From contig NC_043002.1 in NCBI RefSeq assembly GCF_006345805.1, forward strand, positions 3,038,001 through 3,102,000: DNA of 64,000 nt, in the 5' to 3' direction. Of the stretch, positions 38,834 through 52,054 are shown piece by piece (positions within the stretch are counted from its first letter, which is position 1; every line of letters starts with the position of its first letter). A program made the translations under genes and the position numbers. The notes beneath the pieces are model-generated. The model was not told where the DNA came from, made no database searches, and worked only from the letters and a program-made list of their open reading frames with translations. Source of the DNA: Octopus sinensis. Lineage: Eukaryota.

Positions 38834-41759
38834 GTCACACTTTGCATTGTTTGGAGAGAAAGTAAAACAAGAGATGCAGAGAGAGTTGACATAAGAAGTG
38901 CAGATAAGGCTTAGTGGCAGGCAAGGAGTAAAGAAGTGCTACACACAAAGAGAAGGCAGCATAGAGGGGAGGGGGAGGAGAAGGATTAAATAACAGTAGT
39001 TATGGGATGAGTTATACAAATGAGAATCCAATTCATATAATTTTATTTAAAGGGAATAAATTGGTTTTCTTCTGAAAATTAATATTTCATTATTTTGTGT
39101 AAGTACCAAGAAATTTAATAAAAGTCGAAATTATAATTATAGTACATAGATCATATTTGCTGATATTGCTTGTGTTACTAACCGTGTGAAGGTCCATGGC
39201 CCAGTGGTTGGGTGTTCCACTCAGGATGGTCAGATCATGGGTTCAATTCCCGGACCAGGCAACATGGTGTGCTGCTGAGAAACTACACTTCATGTTGCCC
39301 CAACACTGTGTAGGGACCAGCATGTCAAAGAAGAGACCCAACATTTCCTCTACTTGTCGTAAAAGAGGTTGACATAGGATTTGCACGCCGACCCCATAAG
39401 AGCCCTCACCAGTCACAACAAATCAAAGAGACCCGTGGGTTGGAGGGTTTGTTGCTTGAGTATTGCAGAGACACCATTCCACCAGGAATAGGGGATCACC
39501 AACAAATGGTGGATGCAGTGATGTGCTGTTACAGCACCTACCACTACTGCCCATGATGGCAGAAAGTTGTTCCTCCTCCATACTTGGTAAAGCTGTTTCT
39601 TGAATCAACCAAGCCACAAATTAATTTCCTAACTTTTTGAGGTCAGAGAAACCAGATATATACGGAAACTATACTTCTAAAACAACATCCAAATACAAGT
39701 AGTTGGGGTTTTTTTTTTCACTTGGAACGTGATACAGTTGTTCCATTTATGAATTCCATCAAGGAATATGCTCAATCGCTTGTAAGCACAGAATTTATTA
39801 AAATTAAGTTATTTCTCTGTTTACTTCTATTACATTTTTGCAAATTTCCGAAAATCTGAAAACCCAGCAAAAGTCAATATTTGGAACCACACACAAGGGA
39901 TGAAGGAACACCATTCCAAGACACAGTTCCAACTCCAGATTTTGTGTCTATATTTTAGTGTTGTTTTCATTTCTGTTTAGAAAGCTACATCATTGCCAGA
40001 CTTTCACATTTTATTTATTACCAACGCTCTATACCAATGACATTATCAGTTAAAGTCGATAAATGTCAATTTTTCAGACGCCTTCCACAATCTGTAGTCT
40101 TAATTTATCATACATAAAAATTAGATTAATTATTTTCACATATATATATATATGCATACAATATTAGTTATAATATCAACAGGCAAAAGAGCCAGAATTT
40201 ACAGCACAATGGCTTTTATTATACTACTAAGTTTTCTATGACATTTACATATTTTTGCATTAAACTCCACTAAACACACCCACTTAAGGCAATATATTTA
40301 TAGCCAACAGTTTTCAGAAAACAAATTAAAGTTTTAATATTAAAAGTTAACTGCAGTTTTTTAAAACCAAGCACCAGGAGAGAATTGCTTCATAAAACCA
40401 AGTTTAGTCATGCACGAAATAAAACTCCAGTCAAAGAGTGCAACTGCTAAAGAAATATTTTTAAACAAAAATCTATAATCATGGAAATGTCGGAATGAAA
40501 GAAGCCGGTGGTGGTGAGGTGAGTCCATGTTTTAAAATAAATAGAAAACAATATTCCTTTGTTTGTTAGGAAATGTTTTAAAGAAATCAAGAAAGAGGAG
40601 ATTCAACCAAGGCAAATCAAAGAATACGGGGGGGAGGGTTCATAAAGACAAAAAAAAAAAAAAACAGGTTAAGTATTTTTTCTCAAAAATGGTAATTATA
40701 TTAATTCGTTAACAAATGAAGGCACATGGCTTATTAGTGTATTTGGCCCTTGATCGTAAGGTTGTTAATTTGATTTCCAGCAGCACATTGTGTCCCTTAT
40801 TTCACATTGCTCCAGTCCACTCAGCTGGTACCTGTAATTCAATGGGATCAACCTTCTTGCATTCAATGTGTGATGTTGAATCTCCCTAAGGACTGCTTTG
40901 AGGATAAGCACGTCTGTGGAGCACTCAGTCACTTGCATATTAATTTCACGAGCAGGAGGCTGTTCCGTTGATTGGATCAACAAGGCTTGTCATTGTAACC
41001 AACCGAGTGCCCAGCCAATTGCTATAAAAGACTTTAATGAGTATCAGGAGGTGTAACAAATAGCAATGTGACACAGACGAAACAGGCCTCACTTTCCCGA
41101 TCCCTGTTACAACTTCAACCCCTTTCAATATCAACCTGCCAGAAACCAACCCTCCTGGTTCTGTGATACAAACTCCATTCTAAAAGTATCTGAACTCTTT
41201 AGCATTCACATTGATTTGCCAAATGTAACAACACTCATTGTTTTGAACTAATCATGCATTACTTGATGGTTTCCAGATGTCAATGATGATAAATTGTCTA
41301 TTGGAAAGGTGTGAGAAGCTGAACCTGACCAACTTGAATATAAATAGACAATTTGGCCTGAATCTGGTCAGTTTAAATGCTGAAGGATTAATTAAAACCT
41401 TCCATCAACATTTTATGCTAATTTACGTTTATGCTAATTTATGCTATTTTATGCTAATTTACGTTCCAAACACCAGCTTAATAATGAAAATTATTTTACT
41501 AAATTCATCATAAACTGACACAATGTTTATTTCCACAGAAATATGGCAACAAAAAAAGTACATTGTACAACTAAATTGGTTGTTGGGCCGAGTGCAATAG
41601 GGAGGCCTGTTGCTTTTTTCTGTGTCTCAATCTACTTGGTACTTCTAAATATGGTTCTAAAACAATAAACTGTTGACAATGGAGACAGTCATTTTACCAA
41701 TTAACATACACACACACTATTCACTTGATCTTCACTTTAGCTTTATCATTATTGTTGCC

Positions 41760-42235
41760 AGTGCCAAACCAAATCCTATGACTGGCACCCAGCCAATGCC
41801 AGTGCCACTGGACTTCCTGTGGAGGTGGCAAGTAAAGAAACACCATTTCGACCCTGTGCTTGAGGAGATCCATTGAGTCAAGTACACCGACATCAAAAAT
41901 CAATTGGAAATTGTAGTTGTGATCCCTGTGCCGGTGGCACGTAAAAAACACCATCCGAATGTGGCCGATGCCAGCGCTGCCTTGACTGGCTTCCGTGCTG
42001 CTGGCACGTAAAAAGCATCAACCGATCGTGGCCGTTACCAACCTCGCCTGGCACCTGTGCCAGTAGCACGTAAAAAGCACCCACTACACTCTCGGAGTGG
42101 TTGGCGTTAGGAAGGGCATCCAGCTGTAGAAACACTGCCAGATCAGACTGGAGCAGCCTCCTGGCTTTCCAGACTCCGGTCAAACTGTCCAACCCATGCT
42201 AGCATCGAAAACGGACGTTAAACGATGATGATGAG
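41760..42235 (+). mobile_element. SINE family A, long copy
   Basis: Three internal units plus tail. Confidence 0.8.
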
Positions 42236-42332
42236 TTTATTGTCAGAGTTCTTTCATCACACAGGAAAACAGTCATTAAAGAATAGGATGTATGAGGAAA
42301 GCAATGACAAATAAGCAATCACTAATAATAAT

Positions 42333-42688
42333 AGCAAGAGCACTCAGAGAGCGCAAACCCCTGCCAAGGCAACACCAACGTCCTGTCAACAATTAGCCAA
42401 AGATGATTTTTAAAATGAGAATACCTGAAACTCGACTGCTCTTACAAACAAGAATACTAAAAATGAAACCAACCGCTATACTTCATGTAAAGTAAATATA
42501 ACAAATAATCCAGAATCCTTGTCCGGTACCAGACTGATCTCAAAATCTAATCAGTTTGTGCCAGTCACGAGGCCAAACATCCCTGAAAGTTTCATCCAAA
42601 TCCATTCGGCAGTTCTTGAGATATCTTGTCCATGGACAAACAAACATGGGTAGAAACAACATCTCCACCTTAAGGTGGAGGTAATAAA
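42333..42688 (+). mobile_element. HINE/DINE-1-like non-autonomous Helentron-type element
   Basis: Degenerate subterminal inverted motifs (cctgccaagg and ccttaaggtggagg) and a 3' hairpin followed by taataa. Confidence 0.45.
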
Positions 42689-45419
42689 GGTAAAGTGAAG
42701 ATCCACTAAAGTGTGTGTTTATTGGCAAAATGACCCTCCCCAAATACAACACATGATTTCACATCAAGAATCTAGCAAAACAAAACATACGTAAAAAAAA
42801 ATTGTTCAGAATATCTTACGATGTTACCTATTTGTTTCCATGCCAATCTTGTTACATTCATTTTGTTTGATGTAAATGTCATTCCTACTGTTAATAATGA
42901 ACTTGGTAGATCCATTTCAACCCTCACTGAGTAAACTGACACTCAATAATATTCAAACTGTGACCATCCTGTTTTATATTGCTGATGAAAGGGACATTTA
43001 TTTAGTCACTATTTCTAGCAAGCCAAATAACCATACAGAAACTTTCTCATTGCACTTTCAAATAAGAAGTGAAAACTGGCATCTGCCACTTGCCCTCAAG
43101 TGCCATACGATGGCCAAAAGTCTGAAAGATTCATTGTAAGAAAGGTGAATAACATCTCTCTAAACCGAAAAATCCACTGCCTTTAAGGCCACAATTCTCA
43201 GCAATTGATTTGCTCCATCTCAAGTGATAGAAATCAATCAAGAGCTCCAGATACAATAGAGAAAGGCAAATAAAATTGCTCATAACACACCAGAATGACC
43301 TACCCATAATAACACTTTTTCTTTGGGTTATTTTCCATGTTATATTTGATAAAGGGAAGCTTTCCCGAAATATAATAGAATTATTAAACCTATGTAAAGT
43401 GATACAATATCTTGTCAGTTTTTATTTCTTGGTATCATATATTTTGCCTAATTTCTCACCTGCATTGTTTAAAGGCCCTTTTAAAAATATACCTATCTAG
43501 GATTTCGCTTTTACTGCCGCAAATCAGCCCTAATCGATCAATGGGATATCAACCCTGTCCATTTTTTACTGCATCGTGCAATCTTCCCTTAGTAAGACTT
43601 TAGTTTAAGGAAGGTCTGACTCCTGTTTCTAATAGTTCTAGCGGCCACATAAACTGTATATTCTACCATCAGGTGCCAACAACAGAAGCAAGATTTTAGT
43701 TTTGTGCGGGGTTTTTTTTTTTTTGTGATGACAAAAACATTTAGGTTCAACCCCAGTCTACGGTATGAACAATGATTGCGTTTTAAAGAAATTGTGAATA
43801 ATAACTAATTAGATTTGCGATTAAGATTTAATTTCATTTAACCATAATAATAATATATGCATTTTTGCTTTGTTGAAAACATTTTAGAAGGTTGATATTC
43901 CAGACATCAATGTCAACCAAATCGAAATATAAATTAAGAGATTTTATAGACATCAGTTTAAATTTCAAATATTACACCATGCAATGGAAACTGAATAATT
44001 ATATAACTTATGTTGTTTTAAACTAAGACGATGTTTAATCTATAAGAACTAGGATTTTTATACCATCACTAATTTTTTAAGAGCAACATCAGAAAAAGTA
44101 ATAATGTTGGCAGGTTTTAGGCGGCAATATTTCACGACAAACTATTGAAAACAATTTCTAGTTAAACATGAAGTAATTCTTAGAAACGTGAAAGAAATAC
44201 AAGAACAAAATTATCAGTTTGAAAGGAGGGGGGGGGTCTTTTTTTTTTTTTTCTCAGCAGACAGCGGGAAGAGAGGAGTTTTTATGACAAATGAGAAGAT
44301 ATGGAAGTGAACGTAGAAACAACTGGAGATGAAAGAAACTATTGATTTGTAAAACCTTCCCCGCCATTTCATTTCTATTACAAAATTAAGGGCGATCAAG
44401 ATTTGATTGAAGTTGTTATTATTTTCTTTAAAATATCGAAAGTAAATTTTGAATATATTAAATAGTTATGAAGAGTGAAGGTCAGAGTAAAACGGGGAGA
44501 TGTTGAGTAGACGAACACTAAACATTAGCTAAAACAGCACATGGCTCGACGGAGGGGGGGAAAAACTTGTCTGAGATAGAACGGGTTTCTTCTTCTGCTT
44601 TTTTTCTATTTAGAAATATGCAATTTCGGTATTGATCGTATATATATATATGTGTGTTACATATATATATATATATATAACGCACACACACACACACGTT
44701 TATATTTTTGCGTCTTTATTGATTAGACAAGGCAGAAAAATAAAATTAAGGGAGTGCGTGTGGAAGGAGCAAGATGTCTTACGAATTAAACAATAAAGAA
44801 ATATTGATGCAGAGAAGAAAGGTGATGGAGAAAACTAGAATAACAAAAGAAATTAATAAGATGCTTTCATATACGCAATTTACTGGGTTTGACGGTGGAG
44901 ATTAAGAGAAATTAAAATTAGAAACGGCGTAATCATTATTGAAAAGGCATTAAAAGTGATAAAATATAGGTTAGCCGGGTTTAAATAGACACGAGTCGGC
45001 AATTGAGATAAAAGATATTTAATATTCAGGTTTTTATACCGGTTTTGTCGGATAATTTCAAATATACAAAAGTCAAAGCAATACAGAGAGTTTAAATAAA
45101 AGGAAAACGATATAAAGAACAATAGAGACAAGATCGCAAACACCATTTTTGGCAATTTTAAAAACTGGTTACATAAAAGCAGAGAAAAGTGAAACAGTAA
45201 AATAAAATGTTTTGAAGAAGAAAAATAGATTTAGAAAAGAAAAAATGGTAAATTTAATAAATTTTTAAATCAAAAAAGTAAGCGAAATAATATAAAAAAG
45301 AGAAGAAACTACTGAGAATGTTAAAGGTTTGTGGAGGAGAGTTTAAGCGGAATGAGAGAAGATTAATTAAGGAGAAGAGGATAAGATTTAAGAAATTAAG
45401 GTCTTTTGCAATTACCTAC

Positions 45420-45462
45420 CTAAAGAGAGATCCTTCATTTTGGAGATGTGTAGATCCCGCAT
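45420..45462 (-). CDS. Candidate first coding exon segment of the ADAR-like gene (MRDLHISKMKDLSL-G)
   Basis: Two in-frame ATGs (45462, 45438) precede TTAG|gtaggt (phase 1) and an overlapping GTAG|gtaatt (phase 2). Lies just downstream of the CpG-rich promoter on the minus strand. The link to the 7-10 kb exons across a 35-38 kb intron is inference. Confidence 0.4.
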
Positions 45463-45620
45463 TGCTCCCTTTTTTTTTTTCTTATGAAGGTAGGGGTTTA
45501 GTTGGGGAAATAATTTCAATAACTAACACGGGTTATTAGTATTATAGACTGATATATATAAAGGAAAATGTTGAGGGGAACAGAGAGGAAGAAGAAGCTA
45601 ACAATGGATTAAGGAAGCCG

Positions 45621-45842
45621 CTAACGTGATTCTGTAATACACACGTTCGCCTCCGCCGCCGCCGCTGCTGATATTCGTTGGTGGCGTATAATGGACGAGG
45701 TAGGAACCCAAGAGAAGCAGATCTTGGGGAAATTTGCATAAATCGTCGTCGTTGGTGGAGGTGGAAGAGGTGAAGGTGGTGGTGCCGCCTCAGCCGCCAC
45801 CAATTTTGAACAATTACAAGCACTTCCCTCCGCCGCCGCCAT
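45621..45842 (-). other. 73-codon ORF in the putative ADAR 5' leader (uORF or alternative N-terminus), MAAAEGSACNC...PPPSPLPPPPTTT...AAAAAEANVCITESR
   Basis: ATG in strong context (gacgATGG). Pro/Ala-rich low-complexity sequence from GGC/CCA repeats, ending at TAG 45623-45621. Only weak donors near its end. Confidence 0.3.
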
Positions 45843-45849
45843 CGTCGTC

Positions 45850-46132
45850 GTCGGTCAATAAAAAGGGGGAAACAAGTGGCAGATGTCACCGGTGAATGAA
45901 TTAACAAGGTTTGGGTGGTAGAATAAAAAAATCTAGAGTGTAATGATGCCGGGCCGGGGCTTGGAGAAAGAGCGAGAGAGAAGGATTTGGCGAGAAGGAT
46001 ATTTACCTCGTTCGACTTCCATATTCATAGCACTTGTAGCCGCCATAGAAATAAGATGAATGAGATCTCGCGAGACTGGACGCGACCAGAACGAGACTTG
46101 GGCCGACAGGAAGATCTCGTCGTCGCGCAACA
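45850..46132. promoter_or_regulatory. Bidirectional CpG-rich promoter between the ADAR-like gene (-) and HRG1 (+)
   Basis: CpG-retaining, GC-richer island in otherwise CpG-poor DNA. Contains palindromic TCTCGCGAGA at 46066-46075 and GCCGCCAT (YY1-like) at 46039-46046. The divergent candidate start codons are about 670 bp apart. Confidence 0.6.
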
Positions 46133-46271
46133 ATGGCGTCAGTGTCAGGCGTCGTGATGAAGCTGAGGATCTTCTTCTCTCTTCTCGGGATTCTGGTAGG
46201 ATTATCCGTCGTCTTTGTCTTCGGAATTAAATTCCACAACTGGAATATTGCCCTCTGGGGCCTCCTATCAG
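46133..46271 (+). CDS. SLC48A1: Heme transporter HRG1 (SLC48A1), coding exon 1
   Basis: MASVSGVVMKLRIFFSLLGILVGLSVVFVFGIKFHNWNIALWGLLS-G resembles HRG1 TM1 and the start of TM2. Kozak acaATGG. Donor TCAG|gtttgt in phase 1 splits the Gly at the position equivalent to the human GGLA-G intron (recalled, not searched). Exon 2 not found in the window. Confidence 0.8.
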
Positions 46272-49200
46272 GTTTGTCAATCCCTATTCCTCTTCGTTTC
46301 ACCCCATCAAAGTCCTTTACCAATAAACCACGTCGTAAATTTATTGTAAACAAAATACGAAAAACCAAAAATCTTTCCTCAAAATAATTTCAATTAAACA
46401 AGATTTCTTTATTCTTTTAACATATATTCATTAATAAGTCAATGCTGCTTCAAATATTCCATGGCTCCAATTTATTAGATGAGACTTTTCCTATTTTAAA
46501 CCAATTCCGCTTTTATTGCTTTTTTTTTCTTTTAACCAAAAAATATTCTTTCATTAAATTAATTCCTTTTTCTTTGACGTTTCCTTTTTTTATTCCACAA
46601 TTAAAAGCCACTCGACTAACTTCATAAAATACCTCTTACATAATTCCCATATGCTAAATATTTCTGCTGTCATTAAATCCTAAACAATTCCAAATTAATA
46701 TTTTTGGAACTGTTTTTGTCGAATGATTTGTGTTTCTTTAATTTTGTTTATTTGGAAAAATTACCAAAAAGGCTGTCTTCTTCGCTTTGCCACCCACGTC
46801 TTAAAAATTCCTGCACTGAAATCCTTATTGACTTATTTTCCTCTTCACATTTGCTTCACTCAACTGAAAATACCTTCTTAAAGATTCTGTGTGAACACTT
46901 CGACATAATCTAAAGAATAAATCTCTTCGTTACCTTTTTGTACCCTTTTTCTAGGGGTTCGACCCCAAACGGCAGATCGACTTCTTCCGAATCGGTTTTA
47001 TCGATCTTCACCAATTGTCATCAACTGTGACACCCCCCCCCACCCACCTCTCGTCCTGTTAATGTACTTCTGCTAAAAATTATAATTATCGAATGAATAT
47101 ATTTACAAATATCATTGCTACTGTTGATATATAACTGTCACGTGGACGTCGTTTGTTCAGCAGCAAACGACCACGATCAATGACAATCCAGTTATGGCCA
47201 TCACCTCTGGTTTCCGGTACATCGTGTTGCCCTCCAAACTCCGTTAACTAATGTCAGTTGTTTGCTATTTGAACGTTGTAAAACGTGAAAGTAGAACCTC
47301 TTGAGTTATGGAGTACTTCCGTTTGAGGAAGTAATTTTCGATGGGTGAGCCATGAGAGGAGATGCCTAGCACTTCTGTTATTCGATGCTTTCATCTGTAG
47401 GGGACTCCTCTAACGATATTTCACCATTCACACCCAACTGGAACGTGATGTGACTTCCATAGAGTGGTATCTCGTAAATACTGGAAGCATTGTTGCTGGT
47501 TCAAGGATCGAAGCAGAGGTTCTTGGCATTCATATAAAAGAAATCATTTTAAGCAAGTCGTGAAGTGACTTAACCTTGGAAAAAATGGGAACCTACAAGG
47601 TCTGATAGTAACTATTACAAACAGCTCACCTGCACTACTAGAAGCAGTCCTTCCCCCAAAATACACAAACCCTCACCTAATACAGGGAATTCAGTATATC
47701 TCTTTAACAGTTCACTAACAACAGCATTACAATAACCCTTAACAACTAACCTAATCTTGTTAAGTACCCAACACCAGTCCTGAAGTAATAACGGGTCACA
47801 TTTGCTAAAATAATTCAGTATAGACACACAATAAAGGTTTTCAACTCTTTGGCATTTAAACCGGCCGTATCTGGTTTAAATATTCTGCTTGTTTTATGTT
47901 TAGACTGGCCACATCTGGCCTCTCACACCTACCCTGCAATGTCATTCTTAACAGTAAACGCATCATTACAGACTGAATGAATTAGCATTACATTTGACAT
48001 AGTAATATGGATGCTGAAGGGTTAAAGATACACAAGGCTAGGGATTTATGGGGTGGGGAGTCAGTGCCATCGACCCCAGTATTTCACTGGTATTTAATTA
48101 ACCTGGAACAAATATTGCAAGGTGGGATTTTTTTGTTTTTTTCTTGATACCCTTATTAATTTGTCTTGTTTAAGGTAATAAGTCTGCAATAATAATTTCA
48201 ACTCTTTGAAATCTTTCATAACCAGGGATCCCAATATAAAACTGGTATTGTGATTTGTCATTGTTATCCAAGCAGCATACCACAAAGATATTCAATGAAT
48301 TCTAGCTCATGTCTGATGTCATTGGAATGGTAAATTCTAGTGAAAATAGAAAGTAAACATTTCTTTACCTTTTCCAAACTCTACAATTCTGAAGAATGTT
48401 GACAAATTATCATTCTTGAAGAATTGGTCATGACCCGTTTTTGAGCAGGTGCCTTTGTGTTGAAATGCTTTTTACTATGTTCATCGGTCTTAACCTCACC
48501 AAAAATATTCTTCTTCATTGCAGAAAATCAAACGTATCTGAATAGCAGACATGTGATCAATTTTGAAATCCTTGGCATAGACATGGATATGTAGATAAGA
48601 AGTTGGCTTCCCAACCACTGGGTTTTGGGTTCTATCCTAGTGTGTGGCACGTAGGTCAACTTGTTTTGGTAGTCAGAATTTGTATGTGTGTGTATCACCT
48701 TTTCCTGAAATTATGTGGGAGTTGTAAACAAGTATCACTCTCATACGGGCAGTGTTGTTCATTTGCAAAACCTCCCATGAAAATGTCTGGCCTTGGGGAA
48801 ACATCTTGCTTGAAAACAGGTAAGGGTTCATAACAAGAAGGATATCCAGCCATAGAGAATTCTGTCCAACTCCTGCAAACATGAAAAAAATGAAGCTGAA
48901 ACGATGCTGAGGATATGAGAGGCCATTGTCCATCCCGTGAGAAACTCATCTAGAAACAGGAAGTGCCCTTGAGAAACTTAATTCCAACAACCAAAGCTCA
49001 CTCTCCAATGTGAAAGATTTCTTTAGCAGAAAATGTCTCCATTGTGGATCTCAAAGGAGCTTTGCAAGGGTTTAGTAATTTGGGAGAGGAGGGTAATATT
49101 TTGACCCTGAAGAGGAGGACCAGTCTTTCTTTTGTTGAACCAGAGGACAGCCTCACTGGTTGTGAGAATTAGCATTTATAGAAACCTTAAGAGTTCTGGT

Positions 49201-49559
49201 TGTGGATTATTCGTCTTTGAGTGGAATGTTGATAGTGTTTTCTAAATGTGTCTTCATTTTGTATTTGTGTATTGTTGGAGATTAGGTTTGCATGACCCTT
49301 TGAGACCATTTTCTGGTCTGTTGATGGGGTCAAGTGATTGAGACTTGGAATGCAGTGTCTAAATCAGTGATTCTCGACTATTTTGATATCTGGGCAGGAG
49401 CCAAAACCTGGATCCTTTTATGAGGCTTCACCAAAAGAAAGTACAACACAAATCAGTTAATGAAAAATTTTCAGAGTGAGGATCATCAAGGGCTGCCAGA
49501 AGGATGCTTGGGGGCAGCATGAGCCCCTTGGAAGACACTTGATTGCAGAAAGTAGGTTA

Positions 49560-49880
49560 ATCTACATAGAAGTAGGCATGGTAGGAGGGGACAGACAATA
49601 GATGATTGATTGATAGGACAAAATTTATTTTACATGTTGCCTTTGCTGTTGTTGGAGACAAAAGCAAACTTTGTGGAGCCCAAGAGTTGGTTCTACGAAT
49701 CAGACTGCATTGCATTGGCAAACACCAAAATGATGCAATCTCACTCGAAGCCATGGGCAGTTCCTTTTGCCAGATTTGTGTGCCAGGAATGATTGAATGG
49801 TTTTCAGATTTCAGGTGCACCAGCACTGTTTTCAATAAGTTAATTCAAGAATAAGGGTCCTCTAGTAGAAAGTCATTGTG
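49560..49880 (-). mobile_element. Highly decayed Penelope-like RT remnant
   Basis: Minus frames give FNHSW..KGTAHG..FANAMQSD.*NQLL and Y..YVD, reminiscent of GTAMG..ANLFM..E..LL..RYVDD; many disruptions. Confidence 0.3.
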
Positions 49881-50339
49881 CTGAGTATTAAGGGTTGTGG
49901 GGAAGCAGGGGGTCATTCAAAGTGTTGATGAAGGTGCTGTGAGAAAGTTGACCAGTCTTGGAATTAGGGCACACTTTAGCATATTTCCTTTACGAGTTTG
50001 GCAAAGAGAAGGGCTGTCCTAGAGTGCATTAACAGTAATGGGGTACTGTAAAGACTGGGGCTGGTTTTGTTGATTTGAGGTACTTTCCCACTTGGTATGC
50101 ATGTAAGCGGTGGTGGCCACAAATATGGAGGCTTTTTCCACTCCATCCTCTGACACAGCTCACAAATTCCCATTCTCTACATCTCAACTCCTGTCATTTT
50201 TTTTACACAATCTGAAAGTCTTCAAACTCCAGTGAGAGAGCTGCTATAAAGTCACTTTACCTGCTAAAAATAGCAACCAAAACTTTCAGCTTTCACTTCA
50301 CTATCTTTAAAACAAAAAGAGAACATTGAATAATGTAGT

Positions 50340-50880
50340 ATCATCATCGTCGTTTAACGTCCGCTTTCCATGCTAGCATGGGTTGGACGATTTTGACTGA
50401 GGGCTGGTGAACCAGATGGCTGCACCAGGCTCCAATCTTGATCTGGCAGAGTTTCTACAGCTAGATGCCCTTCCTAACGCCAACCACTCCGAGAGTGTAG
50501 TGGGTACTTTTTACGTGCCACCAGCACGAGGGCCAGTCAGGCGGCACTGGCAACAACCTCGCTTGAATCTCTTTACACATGCCACAGCACAGGTGCTAGT
50601 AAGGCGACGCTGGTAACGATCACGCTCGAATGGTGCCCTTTTACATGCCACCAGCACGGAAGCCAGTTAGCCGCTCTGGCAACGATCATGCTCAGGTGGT
50701 GCTCTTGGCACTCTACTAGCATGGGCACAAGTGCCAGTAAGGCGACTCTGGTAACGATCACACTTGAATGGTGCCCTTTTATGTGCCACTGGCACGGAAG
50801 CCGGTTAGCCGCTTTGTCAACGATCACACTAGTATGGTTGTCTTTGCACCCTGCTAGCACGGATGCCAGTTGTCGGTTTT
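50340..50880 (-). mobile_element. SINE family A, long copy
   Basis: Tail catcatcatcgtcgtttaacgtcc followed by 4-5 internal units. Confidence 0.8.
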
Positions 50881-52054
50881 CATTTTGATAAGACAGCATA
50901 GTCATTGTGAGAAGGGCTTCCATCACTGCACCTCCTTTCCATCATCCTCAAACTGTAAACTCCAAGAAGAAATCTCCGATCCTCATCCAACTCCTCAGTC
51001 TCTCTTTCTCTTTAAAAGAATTTATTCCAATCTTTCGTAATCATCAATTAACGTCCATTTTCCATGCTGGCATGGGTTGGACAGTTCAATAGGACCTGGC
51101 AAGCTAGAGAGCTGTACCAGGCTTCAATTGTCTGTTTTAACATGGTTTCTACTGCTGGATGACCTTCCAAATGCCAGCCACTACAGAATGCACTGGGTGC
51201 TTTTTATGTAGATAAGGTATTGAAAATAAGTTTTGGTGGGAAAGTTGAGAAGCAGTTGTTGTTCTATTTTTAAAGCTGACCAAGTGGTGGGCGAGTGTCC
51301 ACTTATAGAATTCCATTTATTGACAGAAACAGGATATTGCACCATCTGTTGAATAGTAAATAGAAGGGAATAAGATGGCCCTTGTTTGTCTTCCATTTGT
51401 TGGAAAGAAACTTAAGGTGGCAAGCTGGCAGAAACGTTAGCACACTGGGCAAAATGCAGTCATATTTCATCTGCTGTTACATTCTGAGTTCAAATTCCGC
51501 CAAGGTCGAATTTGCCTTTCATCCTTTCGATGTCAATAAATTAAGTACCAGTTATGCACTGGGGTTGATGTAATCGATTTAATCCATTTAGCCCCTTGTG
51601 AGTAGTAAAGAAATTAGGCATGTGAGATAGGCATTCTATTCAGTGTTGTTTATTTTAATGAACATTATTAAATTAGTTTCTATTGGTGGTGAGTTGTTCC
51701 ATTTGCACAGATTTCTTGTAAGTCAAAAGATCAGCTGCAGCACATTAGACATTCCTAGATAAGATATCTTTCCTACATCCTTATACGGCAAAATTTCATT
51801 GTGTTATCTGTGTTTTGGGGCCATCACATTTGAATTGTTAATATTCTCTGGTATGTGTGGGCACATTTTTTTAACCATGGGATTTCAGGAATGTTGTTGT
51901 TGTTGTTGCATGGAGCAGTTTGTATGACTTTAGAGACTCTGTCACCATCATGTACAAGGATTGTATTTAAGATGGGTGGAAAGAATAATAGGGATTAGGC
52001 ACAGCAAAATGCCTTTTCTGTTTTGATCAGGAAAAAAAAATAAAACAATATATA

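Noticed and set aside
40496-40519. Plus-strand ATGAAAGAAGCCGGTGGTGGTGAG|gtgagt as a first exon of an antisense gene
   Set aside because: No compatible downstream exons were found; isolated consensus donors are expected by chance in 64 kb.
43460-43492. Possible 33-nt phase 1-1 ADAR micro-exon ending GCAG|gtgaga
   Set aside because: The donor is good but the acceptor has no pyrimidine tract, so it is unsupported without RNA data.
47148-47175. Hairpin gtcgtttgt/gcaaacgac, and CAGTGT at the HRG1 start, as possible iron-responsive elements
   Set aside because: The loop is not CAGUGN with a bulged C and the site is intronic. The CAGTGT in the CDS lacks a proper stem.
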